Positions 33,068 through 34,336 of a stretch of DNA of 34,336 nt are shown in pieces. Positions within the stretch are counted from its first letter, which is position 1. Every line of letters begins with the position of its first letter. The position numbers and the translations under genes were made by a program. The DNA comes from Octopus bimaculoides (lineage: Eukaryota), in the NCBI RefSeq assembly GCF_001194135.2, contig NC_068986.1:44981333-45015668 (forward strand). The letters run 5' to 3'. The notes under the pieces were generated by a model. That model worked only from the letters and a program-made list of their open reading frames with translations, was not told where the DNA came from and ran no database searches.

Positions 33068-34029
33068 AAAGTAGAAACATTTTTGGACATTTTTTTCAGA
33101 ATCATAATCTCCGTATTTTTCTGCATATTTTGAAAAAAAAAAAATTCTGAAGAAAGGTAAAAATGAAGAATTTAGGGGGTGGGGTAATTTCAAAATGCCG
33201 ATTTTTGCCAATTTTTTTGAAGATTCGTATTCGCCGTAACCGAAAACAGAGGGGTTTGTGTAGAAAAAAAAATTGAACAAAAAAAGGTGTGTTTTTTTTG
33301 GTGGGGTCTTGCCCGCTTTTATTTTATTTTGTTTCAAGTTGTTATGCTGCAACCAGCTTGTTTGTCATCAGAGATATTTTGTGATGCAATTAAGAAATTT
33401 TTATTTTAGTGTTGCTGAATGGTTTTTACATCATCAATGGATTAGTATTTTTTTAAATAATGGCTAATATAAACCTTTATTGTAAAGTTAAAAGCATAAA
33501 TGGGAAAACATTAAGAATTGACTCTAATGTTTTACGTTCGTTCGTTCGTTAATGTTTTCATTATCGAATACCTCCGTTCTTTATCGTAGTTTAATAAACG
33601 TAAACGTCTATTTTTAAAAAAATAATGTCTTCAAATTTCATGTTAATAATGAATAATATAAATCACGATAATGTCACTGAATTTTCTTTTAAAATAATAA
33701 GTGCAGACAGTAAAATGAACAACAATTGGCCCTGGTCAGCAACTGTGATAGAGCTATAAGTTATCGCGTCTTTTTTTTTTTTTTTGCCTATATAGGCATT
33801 AATTTAATTTTTCAGCTGCAGCACTATAACAGATATGGTTATTCTGCATAATGAAGTATCAAGTAATTATTATTAAAGAATGAATAATGAAATTATTTTT
33901 ATCAATTTTCCCAGTTATTCTGAAACGTTCACTTTCTACATGTCAATTCTTAAGGCCTGTCGATTCACCATGCAATCAGTTATTTTGTACTAAATCAGCA
34001 CAAAAGAAATATTTCTTGGTTCATTTCCT

Positions 34030-34251
34030 ACAGCATTCGGTCAGTCCCTGGACTGCAGCCATGCTGGGGCACCACCTTGAAGGATTTAGTCGAACAGATC
34101 GACCCCATTACATATTTTATAAAGCCTGGTACTTATTCTGTCGATGTCTTTTTGCTGAACTGTTAAGTTACGGGGACATAGACAAGCGAAAACCAGTTGT
34201 CAAGTAGTGGTAAGGAACAAACACAAAGACACGCGCGCACACACACACATA

Positions 34252-34282
<31 letters not shown>

Positions 34283-34295
34283 GTATATATATATG

Positions 34296-34333
<38 letters not shown>

Positions 34334-34336
34334 TGT
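34030..34336 (-). mobile_element. Family F SINE tail module G plus internal CA/TA microsatellite, running off the window
   Basis: cagtc..tggactgcagccatgctggggcaccaccttgaagg..taagttacggggac..gttgtcaag, then (CA)(TACA)(TA)n. Confidence 0.85.

Noticed and set aside
33340-33375. Second CTGATGA...GAAAC on the minus strand
   Set aside because: Stems I and II cannot be formed, so it is not a hammerhead.

Overview
AT-rich eukaryotic scaffold window with six N-gaps and dense (TA)/(CA)/(GAT) microsatellites. From my recall of the repeat families, the content looks like octopus (coleoid cephalopod) DNA; this is an inference, not a database result. No complete protein-coding gene can be read. The long ORFs in the track are artefacts of N-runs, microsatellites or repeats. 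The one recognisable protein sequence is a decayed RTE-clade LINE reverse transcriptase/C-terminus on the minus strand (about 7.7-9.95 kb). It is a chimera of two RTE copies and carries nested insertions. The most interesting nested insertion is a 291-bp element with 11-bp target-site duplications. It joins a tRNA-like Pol III head to a Penelope-type minimal hammerhead ribozyme and has a 5' inverted duplication. The rest of the window holds several tRNA-derived SINE families (two same-orientation clusters), piggyBac-, hAT- and TA-flanked MITEs, two long foldback palindromes, a perfect RFX X-box near the left end, telomere-like repeats beside the last gap, and a few weak candidate exons. The centre looks CpG-depleted relative to both flanks, as a methylated gene body would.
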